Virus record (IMG/VR): IMGVR_UViG_3300033802_000250
Origin: a virus
Taxonomy: Duplodnaviria > Caudoviricetes
Length of the DNA stretch: 64,000 nucleotides
Strand: one strand, 5' to 3'
In this document: one piece after another, positions 32,355-39,781 of the stretch
How the letters are laid out: each line of letters starts with the position of its first letter
Position numbering within the stretch: the first letter of the stretch is position 1
Translations under genes and position numbers: made by a program
Notes under the pieces: generated by a model
The model's database searches: none
What the model was told of the DNA's origin: nothing
What the model saw: the letters and a program-made list of their open reading frames with translations, nothing else

Positions 32355-32441
32355 GAGGATTCATCTCCTTTCAGCGGGTGGTAATCGGGTGTGGTAATCT
32401 TTATAACCACATCCTCATCTCGCATCGTACATTGCAAATCT

Positions 32442-32457
32442 TGACGCGACAGCGTCA
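32442..32457. repeat. GACA-loop hairpin motif copy
   Basis: TGACGC-GACA-GCGTCA. Confidence 0.8.
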
Positions 32458-32479
32458 TACAATTGATCGACATCGGGCA

Positions 32480-32950
32480 CTATCCGATTGTATCGTTAAG
32501 TGCCCACGGGACTTTGGCGACGAACCGCTTATCGAACGGCGCGATGACGAGGTGTTTGCGGCTTTCGAGTTCCCGAAGAATACCGGCCACACGGGATATA
32601 TGAATCTCGTGATGGTACTTCCGGTCTTCATAATGGTGCGGCGCACGCACACTCGGCTCTGCCGTCGAAAGAAATTCGTTCAGCCGTTTCTCAGCATTCG
32701 CCAGCAAGACTTCGCATCCGTACTTCACCCGGTTGTAGGCATCCTCCTCGCTGGCCGCGAAGATCAGAATTGACAACCGAAAATAACCGGGTTCGTGGAT
32801 TTGAACGATATACGGTTCGCCGTTCGGATCACCAACCATCGGCGCACGTTTGCTATGGGCGTTCTCACTGTCGTAGAAAGCAAACATATGCTCCAGACAG
32901 ACGGGTTCAGGAGGAAGGTATTCCTCCCGGTTCAGAATCGGGATGTTCAT
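32480..32950 (-). CDS. Hypothetical protein
   Basis: 156-aa ORF. Confidence 0.7.
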   Translation of the reverse strand: MNIPILNREEYLPPEPVCLEHMFAFYDSENAHSKRAPMVGDPNGEPYIVQIHEPGYFRLSILIFAASEEDAYNRVKYGCEVLLANAEKRLNEFLSTAEPSVRAPHHYEDRKYHHEIHISRVAGILRELESRKHLVIAPFDKRFVAKVPWALNDTIG

Positions 32951-33447
32951 TTCACAAGCCCCGCTTTGTCCTTGGCGTCCGATGCCACAATCAGCACTTC
33001 GTCCGGGCGGTCAAAGTCCTCATCCAGTACAGCAATGCGCCGGATATTGGATGGTTTGAAGTGCCGCCACGCCCCTGCTTCGTGACAGAACGCGACAAGG
33101 TTGTTGCCATTCCAATTGAACGGTTCAACAACACGCTTCGAGATGCCCTTCTTGTCGGAATAATACTCGATAGCGATCTTCTTGCGATTGATGGCGGCGT
33201 GAACAATATACGGAATAATGAGATCGCGATCTTCCGTATCCATGATGGCCGACGTGTTCGCCGCCTGCACCGACTGGCCGGGCCGCATGTACGATTTCTC
33301 AATCGGCGTGTTGATGAAGCGTTTGAATGTGCTGATCAGCACCTCGGAGCCGCCATCGGCCTGCTCCTGCTTCAGCAGTTGCGTCACTTGATGTTGCAAA
33401 CGAGCCAGCATTTGATAATCTTCTTCGGTATCAGCTACCAGTCGCAT
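32947..33447 (-). CDS. WYL domain protein
   Basis: AAINRKKIAIEY...RVVEP...LVAFC....WRHFKPSNI. Confidence 0.85.
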   Translation of the reverse strand: MRLVADTEEDYQMLARLQHQVTQLLKQEQADGGSEVLISTFKRFINTPIEKSYMRPGQSVQAANTSAIMDTEDRDLIIPYIVHAAINRKKIAIEYYSDKKGISKRVVEPFNWNGNNLVAFCHEAGAWRHFKPSNIRRIAVLDEDFDRPDEVLIVASDAKDKAGLVK

Positions 33448-33643
33448 TTGGAATCCCTCCTTACCATTCTTCGCCTTCGTTCCAGATCGGGGACGCTGGT
33501 GAAAGCATTGTACAGCGTCTCCATATCTTCCTCTGTGCCGTTGAGCAAAGAGATGAACAGCGTTTGTTTCGGTTTTCCGCCGTCTGCAAGATCACGCTCC
33601 GACGCCAACAGGGAATTTCGTCCCGTAGTAATGTCCAGATTCT

Positions 33644-34420
33644 TTAATCGTCTTCTTCTTCGACATCGGTCTCCTCCTCGTCTGTGTTCAAGTGCCGGTC
33701 GATGAAACCTTCCCACGGTTCGTTGGTTGCGATGTATTCTTCGAGCGATTTCTTGGCTCGCTCAATATCTATATCAATGTATTGAAGATCCATCGCAAGC
33801 GCAACGACTTCATCTTCAAGTTCGGCAAGCTGGTCTTCCAGAACCCAAAGGTATTCCGTTTCCGATTCCTCGTCGTAATTGGCAATGCGGTGCCTGAGTT
33901 CCTCAATGTCAGCGCGGTAGTCCTCATGCCAAATTTTCCGATGGTGGGTCAGAACCAGCCAGCCGCCTAAGCGCCCCGCCGTATGCCACGTTTTGACCCA
34001 GTCAAAGAGTTGCATGTAGCCGTAGTCGGCTTCGGCACCGACCAGACAGCAAAGCTCCTGTTCAAGAATACTGTGGTATTCGTTGTAGACCAATTCCGCG
34101 TTGCGCGAGCTTTTCTTCTCGAACGCTTCGACCTCCGGCGGAAAGTCCCAGCAGTAAAACTTGATGTTGAATTGGAACTGGCCTTCGTCGCAATGATGAC
34201 CTTGATGTTCTTTGATGATTTCGAGCGCTTCCTCCACTGTCAGCTTGGGAGCGGGTCGAAGTTCACTCAGCTTGAAGTGGACATGCGCCTGCGGAAAGCA
34301 GACGTAAATGCGCCCGTCGTCTTCGACCTCATGAATGAATCCCGGCGTGCCGGATTTGATAACGTTGCCTTCATAAACAACGTGATCTTTGATTGGTGTA
34401 ACCCATTTGTTTAACGACAC
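33644..34420 (-). CDS. Hypothetical protein
   Basis: 258-aa ORF with AAAGGAG RBS. Confidence 0.75.
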   Translation of the reverse strand: MSLNKWVTPIKDHVVYEGNVIKSGTPGFIHEVEDDGRIYVCFPQAHVHFKLSELRPAPKLTVEEALEIIKEHQGHHCDEGQFQFNIKFYCWDFPPEVEAFEKKSSRNAELVYNEYHSILEQELCCLVGAEADYGYMQLFDWVKTWHTAGRLGGWLVLTHHRKIWHEDYRADIEELRHRIANYDEESETEYLWVLEDQLAELEDEVVALAMDLQYIDIDIERAKKSLEEYIATNEPWEGFIDRHLNTDEEETDVEEEDD

Positions 34421-34437
34421 GTAGGCTCACTCCTTTC

Positions 34438-34475
34438 GTTACTGATAGTATCTCCACATGTAACGGTGATTATGC
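34438..34475 (-). promoter_or_regulatory. Repeated phage promoter motif
   Basis: GCATA-N6-GTTACA-N3-GGAGATACTA-N3-GTAAC. Confidence 0.7.
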
Positions 34476-34483
34476 AGAGCAAA

Positions 34484-34505
34484 GCTCCTCGGGACACCGA
34501 GGAGC
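34484..34505. repeat. GACA-loop hairpin motif copy
   Basis: GCTCCTCGG-GACA-CCGAGGAGC. Confidence 0.85.
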
Positions 34506-34540
34506 CGCCCAACATTTGCTATTCAGGTTTGCCACGCCCT

Positions 34541-34578
34541 GTTACTTGCAGTATTACCGAATGAAATACAGATTATGC
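34541..34578 (-). promoter_or_regulatory. Repeated phage promoter motif
   Basis: GCATA-N6-ATTTCA-N3-GGTAATACTG-N3-GTAAC. Confidence 0.6.
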
Positions 34579-34956
34579 GTACACTTCACGATAAACCTTG
34601 CTATTCGGCTTGAAGAACATGTCGTATATAACTTTGCGTAATCGACGATTGCCAAATAGATCAGCCGAAGGAACCGGTCGTTTGTGGTCGATATACATCG
34701 TGATAATAGTACGCTTCCTGTTGTCAATGACAATGTTCCAATCGAAATAATACCTAACTTCGATGTCCTCGCCTTTGCCCGGTCTGCCGTGTATGGAAAA
34801 CAACAACATGTAATTTGCCCGGCGGGCGAGTTCTTTCATCGTCGCCTGTTTTATGCGGCGGGCCGTCTTCTTGCATCCGACCCGCTCGCACATTCGCTGG
34901 CGATAGCGGTTAAGCAAATGATATGTCGGAGTGTAGTAACCGTACTCGTACCGCAT
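34573..34956 (-). CDS. Hypothetical protein
   Basis: 127-aa basic ORF. Confidence 0.7.
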   Translation of the reverse strand: MRYEYGYYTPTYHLLNRYRQRMCERVGCKKTARRIKQATMKELARRANYMLLFSIHGRPGKGEDIEVRYYFDWNIVIDNRKRTIITMYIDHKRPVPSADLFGNRRLRKVIYDMFFKPNSKVYREVYA

Positions 34957-34980
34957 TACACCTGCTCCTTGTGGCTGAAT

Positions 34981-35391
34981 TTATCCCTCCTCGTCTCCAT
35001 CGGGCGTTGCGTCCAATTCGTTGAGCTTGGCATACATCGCCTCGTGGTCGAAGGAGTACACCTCGTTGCCCTGCGAATCAAATATGCGAGCATCGTCGGT
35101 ATCGGGATCGAAGTTATCAAACAACTCCTTGTTCATCTCGTCGATAAGCTGTTGCAAATCGACACTGAGCGATACTCTGGAGACGATGCCGCCCCACTGG
35201 TAAACTGCAACGTATGGAAGGACTGTGGAGTCCTGAATAGCCACAGATACGACACGATGGTGAATCATGTCTTGTTCTTTGTTGGACTGGTCGGCCTGCT
35301 GATTGGCGCTGTTGATATCGAGCCACGCGGTTTGAATGACATCTTCCGTATCGCCATTCTCGTGGCCCACGACCAGATGAATATCAGCCAT
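34981..35391 (-). CDS. Hypothetical acidic protein
   Basis: ORF with GAGGTGA RBS. Confidence 0.7.
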   Translation of the reverse strand: MADIHLVVGHENGDTEDVIQTAWLDINSANQQADQSNKEQDMIHHRVVSVAIQDSTVLPYVAVYQWGGIVSRVSLSVDLQQLIDEMNKELFDNFDPDTDDARIFDSQGNEVYSFDHEAMYAKLNELDATPDGDEEG

Positions 35392-35396
35392 CGAAA

Positions 35397-36083
35397 TCAC
35401 CTCTCCTCCATTATACCAGACAATTGACGCCATTTTGTAACGGCTTTGCGGATGTCACCCATCATCTGCTTGAACGCGGTCTTGAAATCTTCACCCTTCT
35501 GCCGAATAACATAGCTCGGGTGGAAGGTGTGAATGACATAGATGGGCCACGCGAAGTCTTCGATCTTCCTCCATCTGCCGCGTTCCCGGGTGATCTTCAG
35601 ATCGTAGTCATTCATGACACTGTGCATCGCCGGATTGCCGAGCGTGACGATCACCTTCGGTTTGATCCACTGGATCTCACTGAGCAGATGCCGCTGACAT
35701 TTCTTGATTTCTTCTTTCGTTGGCGTTCGGTTCTTCTCCGGCCTGCACTTGACGGCGTTCGTGATGTAGATATCCTTCCGCTCCACCTCAAGTTTGTTCA
35801 GCATGAGCGTAAGCAACTGTCCGGTGTCACCGACAAATGGAACGCCTTTCTTATCTTCGTCCACGCCGGGTGCTTCGCCGACAAACATGATGCCAGATGA
35901 AAAGGATCCAAATCCCGGCACCGGCGCGTTACAGGTTTCGCTGAGCGAACACTTTGAGCAGACAAGCACATCGCGTTCGATTTCGTTTCTCATGCGTACA
36001 CTCTGCATCGCGGCGACATGGGCCAGCCGGACAACATCCGGCTTGAGGCCGAGCGCAAGCAGACGTTTGTTGGTTTCAGCCAA
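35397..36083 (-). CDS. Uracil-DNA glycosylase family 4
   Basis: CSKC..C, VGEAPG, PFVG, ITNAVKCRP and FHPSY motifs; TTG after AAGGAGG. Confidence 0.92.
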   Translation of the reverse strand: MAETNKRLLALGLKPDVVRLAHVAAMQSVRMRNEIERDVLVCSKCSLSETCNAPVPGFGSFSSGIMFVGEAPGVDEDKKGVPFVGDTGQLLTLMLNKLEVERKDIYITNAVKCRPEKNRTPTKEEIKKCQRHLLSEIQWIKPKVIVTLGNPAMHSVMNDYDLKITRERGRWRKIEDFAWPIYVIHTFHPSYVIRQKGEDFKTAFKQMMGDIRKAVTKWRQLSGIMEER

Positions 36084-36357
36084 AGTAATGCCCCTCCTTG
36101 TGCCACAGTTCTGCGGCAACGCTGTCTTCAACCGGCTCCGCGCCGCGCGGAATCCGGCCCACATCTGTCGGCAAAGTCGGGTCAATGGCACGGAAATAAC
36201 CGTTGATATACGCTCCGGCATAGTTCGTCAGCGGATGTACCCTGCGCTGAATCGTCCACAACTTTTGATGTTTGCCGCCGCATTTCGGACAGACAAAATC
36301 CTCGCCGTCTTTGACAACATAGATACGGGCTCGATTGGATCGGAGTTGTGTCATCAT
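36076..36357 (-). CDS. Small zinc-ribbon protein
   Basis: CPKCG. Confidence 0.6.
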   Translation of the reverse strand: MMTQLRSNRARIYVVKDGEDFVCPKCGGKHQKLWTIQRRVHPLTNYAGAYINGYFRAIDPTLPTDVGRIPRGAEPVEDSVAAELWHKEGHYFG

Positions 36358-36360
36358 GAG

Positions 36361-36573
36361 TTATACGCCTCCGATCAGATCATAGATCTCTGTCCGGTAG
36401 TTTTCGTAGACCCATTCCGCCAACTTATTGTCGTCTGCCCGGCATTCTTCCGGGATGTCGTCGGCCTGTTCGTCTTGGAGACTGAACAGCATCTTGCCCT
36501 GCCGGTCGAATACATAGGCTTCATGACGAAGCAAGCTGTAGAACGCTGTGATCGGAATTTGTTGCTCTGCCAT
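36361..36573 (-). CDS. Hypothetical protein
   Basis: 70 aa with GGAGG RBS. Confidence 0.65.
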   Translation of the reverse strand: MAEQQIPITAFYSLLRHEAYVFDRQGKMLFSLQDEQADDIPEECRADDNKLAEWVYENYRTEIYDLIGGV

Positions 36574-36615
36574 AAGAATCCCTCCTTCAAAAATAATCGG
36601 GGCCACTTGGGCCCT

Positions 36616-36870
36616 TTACGCAATAACTTCAATTCGGTGAATGTTGCTTACGGCCAGTTGCCGGATACCTTCAGATTCCGGGTCATATCCGACGACATGA
36701 AGTTTGTCAGCCCCACCGCGCACGCCGCGAACAAAGTGTATTGGCTTCAAGATGACTTGTCGGCCACCGCGTCCGGGAGTTAGATATTCGTATTCCACTT
36801 TCACCAGCCGATTGTTGAGCCCAGCCTCGGCCAGCGTAATGATGATTTCATGTTGCTCCTTCGTAATCAT
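36616..36870 (-). CDS. Stand-alone WYL-like protein
   Basis: VKVEY..RQVILKP...VVGYD...IRQLAVSNI. Confidence 0.6.
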   Translation of the reverse strand: MITKEQHEIIITLAEAGLNNRLVKVEYEYLTPGRGGRQVILKPIHFVRGVRGGADKLHVVGYDPESEGIRQLAVSNIHRIEVIA

Positions 36871-36892
36871 GGAAACCGGCCTCCTTTGTCGT

Positions 36893-36930
36893 GTTACCCA
36901 TAGGATTACCGGTTGTAACGACGATTATAC
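36893..36930 (-). promoter_or_regulatory. Repeated phage promoter motif
   Basis: GTATA-N6-GTTACA-N3-GGTAATCCTA-N3-GTAAC. Confidence 0.7.
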
Positions 36931-36986
36931 ATACAAACAGCGAACCCCCTACGGGGATTTGTTCCGCAGGGGGTTCAGAAGGAGAC

Positions 36987-37086
36987 TGGCGGTGGGTAAG
37001 GAGTTGAACCTTCATCGACGCCCACAATGTTTCAACGCACGCCGCGTCAGATTTGTTGGCGACGCCGCCTGCCGGGCGGCCACCGC
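36987..37086 (-). ncRNA. tRNA-like RNA D (anticodon arm replaced by a long irregular hairpin)
   Basis: GCGGTGG/CCACCGC closing stem, CCGCC/GGCGG D-like hairpin, AAGG-TTCAACT-CCTT T arm, 3' CCA. Confidence 0.6.
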
Positions 37087-37087
37087 A

Positions 37088-37176
37088 TGGTAGGGACGGG
37101 AGGGACTTGAACACCTCCAGCACCTTTCAGTTGTCCCCGATCACTTCGGGGTGGCTTTACCATTGCCTACATCCCA
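37088..37176 (-). tRNA. Atypical tRNA-like gene C (GUG at the anticodon position, A33, long variable arm, bulged T stem)
   Basis: GGGATG/CGTCCC acceptor, GGC/GCC D arm, CCCCG-AAGTGAT-CGGGG, TTCAAGT T loop, ACCA. Confidence 0.65.
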
Positions 37177-37179
37177 TAG

Positions 37180-37257
37180 GGGCTCTCACTGAGGGAATCG
37201 AACACCCCGCGCGGCGTCTGCGCAGACTGCGACGCGCCATCCACCAGATGAGTGAGA
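37180..37257 (-). ncRNA. tRNA-like RNA B
   Basis: TCTCACT/AGTGAGA acceptor, CATC-TGGTG-GATG D-like hairpin, TTCGATT T loop; no 7-nt anticodon loop and ends GCCC. Confidence 0.6.
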
Positions 37258-37258
37258 A

Positions 37259-37348
37259 TGGAGCGGGAGGGTGGATTTGAACCACCGAAGCTCCTCTGGA
37301 GCAGAGTCTTGCAGGACTCTTGCGTTTATCCGACTTCGCTACTCCCGC
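37259..37348 (-). tRNA. Atypical tRNA A (Cys-like GCA and U73, long variable arm, 6-bp stem with 6-nt anticodon loop)
   Basis: GCGGGAG/CTCCCGC acceptor, AGAGTC-CTGCAA-GACTCT, GCTCC/GGAGC variable arm, GGTGG-TTCAAAT-CCACC, TCCA. Confidence 0.75.
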
Positions 37349-37411
37349 AGAGTGTAACGACGCACCGAGAGGCAACCGCCCCCTTAGCACGCCGTTACAA
37401 TATTGGCAGTT

Positions 37412-37981
37412 TTACCTGCCAATCCTCGCTTCTATACTACCATCCTTCTCCACAATCGTCAATACACAATTGCGGAATAGTAGTGAAGCGCGTGTTGCCT
37501 CGTTATCCGGCGTTTCCTTGCTGGAGAAGCCGATACCGGGGTCAACCTCGAAGTGATGCACATAATGGGTTTGTCCGTTACATTTGATCACCCACGGCGG
37601 GATGTTGTACGGATCCTCATTATGTTTTTTGTTGAAGTGCACCACCACTCGCGTCTTCTTGTCCACCTTCACCAATACTTGTTCCATGTCCGATACCTCC
37701 TGTTTGTGGATAACTACGATTGTTCTTCCTTCGTCAGTTGTCATAAACGACACGTACGCTTTCGGAACAATGAAACAGGCCGGTGATCGGGCTTTGGGTC
37801 GAACTTTCGCACGCATTCCGCACCCCGGAACCACCTTCACGCCATCTGCAAAGTAATGTTCTCCTTTGTAGAGAACAACCCACGGATGCGGATTGACGCG
37901 ACAGAAGGTGATAGGCTGATACGAGAAAACGACCTTGGCGGGCGAGCCGGGCACCTAACGAAAGTCCAGCTTCTCCTTCAT
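37412..37981 (-). CDS. Tandem two-domain hypothetical protein with in-frame TAG at codon 9 and internal start at 37687
   Basis: AAGGAG-N9-ATG AAG GAG AAG CTG GAC TTT CGT TAG GTG CCC; two similar domains (PWVVLYKGEHYF and PWVIKCNGQTHY). Confidence 0.65.
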
Positions 37982-38033
37982 CTGACATCACTCCTTGAAA
38001 TGTATTTGGTAAACGCCTTGCGGCGGAGTACCC

Positions 38034-38708
38034 TTAGTCGGGCCATTCAATGGGGATATGTGATTGAATTGGAGGATCAAGTAGACGTTCTTCGGGCCAA
38101 TTTTTGTCTACTCTAGTCCTGAGAGTCTGATAATTTATACCACTACATTCAGACCATTCACTCATTGTTTTGGTTACGCCGTTAATCGTAATATAGCGTG
38201 TACATTCTCTGTTCCTTAATTGCTCCTTAGTTGTAGACCATTTACAATTAGACGGACTATATGGGCCATCACTCTCTATTCGATCAATGGTCTTACTGTC
38301 ATCATAGCCATTTTGAATTGCCCATTTGTAAAATTCATTAAAATCATCCCATTCAGGACAAACAGAAACACCTTTGGCACCATACCATTTGTAATCTTTA
38401 CTGTTTGGATTATTGCATCTTGTTCTCATGCCTTGCCAAATACGATACAATCGTGTTCCTTTTTGTAATCGACCGTTCTTCGATTGTCCATGCTTTGTGT
38501 ACTTGATGGATTTGATTGCACCTTCGCATTTTCTACATCTGGTCGCTTTAGGTATATCCTTTTGTATAATATTTCTAATTGTCCCGCATTTGCATCGACA
38601 TGCCCATACTGGTCTGTTTGTCTTCAAGTTATGATCATATACTCGATGCAATACAGTCCAATCATTGTATTTCTGCCCTTTTTGAATGTCAAGTTTCTTC
38701 ATGTGCAA
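38034..38708 (-). CDS. Free-standing HNH homing endonuclease, AT-rich
   Basis: CRCKCG, LYRIWQGMRTRC, YGAKGVSVCPEW, TIDRI..DGPYSPSNCKW. Confidence 0.88.
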   Translation of the reverse strand: MHMKKLDIQKGQKYNDWTVLHRVYDHNLKTNRPVWACRCKCGTIRNIIQKDIPKATRCRKCEGAIKSIKYTKHGQSKNGRLQKGTRLYRIWQGMRTRCNNPNSKDYKWYGAKGVSVCPEWDDFNEFYKWAIQNGYDDSKTIDRIESDGPYSPSNCKWSTTKEQLRNRECTRYITINGVTKTMSEWSECSGINYQTLRTRVDKNWPEERLLDPPIQSHIPIEWPD

Positions 38709-38723
38709 TCACCTTCAAAATCA

Positions 38724-38767
38724 TGGTGGCCTCGCTGGGGATCGAACCCGGGACACGCGATTTTAGA
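38724..38767 (-). pseudogene. 3' half of a tRNA starting at a CUA anticodon loop
   Basis: TCTAAA-ATCGC-GTGTC-CCGGG-TTCGATC-CCCAG-CGAGGCC-ACCA; 5' half not found. Confidence 0.75.
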
Positions 38768-38781
38768 TGGCAGAGGATAAA

Positions 38782-38857
38782 TGGTGCGCCCGGCAGGACT
38801 CGAACCTGCGCCTCCGATTTTAGAGATCGACGTTCTGACCAACTGAACTACGAGCGC
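38782..38857 (-). tRNA. Amber suppressor tRNA (anticodon CUA)
   Basis: Canonical 76-nt cloverleaf GCGCTCG TA GTTC..GAAC G TCGAT-CTCTAAA-ATCGG AGGC GCAGG-TTCGAGT-CCTGC CGGGCGC ACCA. Confidence 0.93.
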
Positions 38858-38861
38858 ATAT

Positions 38862-38949
38862 TGGGGAAACCGCGGACTCGAACCGCCGGACTCCGGTGGA
38901 GCGACCACCTTCAGGGAAACCCATCCCTTGATTAGTCCATTAGAATCCC
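38862..38949 (-). ncRNA. tRNA-like RNA G (no D stem, branched middle domain)
   Basis: GCGG-TTCGAGT-CCGC T arm, imperfect acceptor plus CCA, GGACT/AGTCC stem enclosing two hairpins. Confidence 0.55.
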
Positions 38950-38998
38950 ATAAAAGAGGCGGGCCTGAGCCCGCCGAGCGTGATGTCCTTGGATGAGT

Positions 38999-39655
38999 TC
39001 AGACCGCCTCCGGCGGTATAACTTTGACAGTGACACGTTTGACACCGAAATCCAGCGCCTTCGATTTACTGTCCATCAGGATATCAATACGGTGGCCTTT
39101 GATGGCTCCGCCCGTATCTTCAGCAGTATAGATACCCCAACTTTCGCCGTCCACGAACAATTCCACTTTGCTATGTAACGGAATGATCTTTGGATCGACG
39201 GCAATAATCTTCGGCGTAGAACTTCGGATATCGAGCCCTGTCGCGGTGATGCCGGAACAGCCCTTACAATCCTTGGTGTATGCTGTTGCGATGACGTTGT
39301 ATGTGCGTTTGGCTTCTTCGATAGCAAGGGCTTTTATCCGATAGGATTCTGCCTTCTTCTCCAACGATTCGATTTCGACCGCCTGTTCGGCGATCAGCGC
39401 ATCCTTGATTTCGATTTCGCGTTCGAGGTCGCTGATATCGTCCTCAAGCTTGCGGATGTGGCCTTTCAAATCCTCCACATTGGAAGCAAGTGTCAGGGCG
39501 GCGTCTTGGGCCGTATCGACCATCACTCCCAATTCCTCGGCGTACTGGTACATATACCAGTTCAGCCAAGTCAATGCCATGATCACGAGGATCATGATCG
39601 GTACAGGCTTGACAAGCCTTTTGTACCACGGCTTCCTAGTGTAGATTCTCTGCAT
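38999..39655 (-). CDS. 3D-domain peptidoglycan lytic transglycosylase-like protein with TM anchor and coiled coil
   Basis: ATAY, TATG, IAVDPKIIPL, AEDTGGAIKGHRIDI. Confidence 0.92.
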   Translation of the reverse strand: MQRIYTRKPWYKRLVKPVPIMILVIMALTWLNWYMYQYAEELGVMVDTAQDAALTLASNVEDLKGHIRKLEDDISDLEREIEIKDALIAEQAVEIESLEKKAESYRIKALAIEEAKRTYNVIATAYTKDCKGCSGITATGLDIRSSTPKIIAVDPKIIPLHSKVELFVDGESWGIYTAEDTGGAIKGHRIDILMDSKSKALDFGVKRVTVKVIPPEAV

Positions 39656-39781
39656 TTCGTTTATTCCTTTCTTGGGTCAAATTTCCCGGCCTGCTGTTAT
39701 GGACAAGCCGGGGATTTGGCTCAATAAGGACATCACTACTGCTGTATCGCCATTATACCACAAGCTGTCAAGTCGCCCGGT

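Noticed and set aside
38782-38857. tRNA-Pyl
   Set aside because: It has a canonical D-loop GG, TTC T loop, 5-bp anticodon stem and A73, and no pyl genes are present in the window.
39660-39750. c-di-AMP riboswitch upstream of the 3D-domain gene
   Set aside because: Only one imperfect hairpin is present, and I could not recognise the conserved ydaO motifs.
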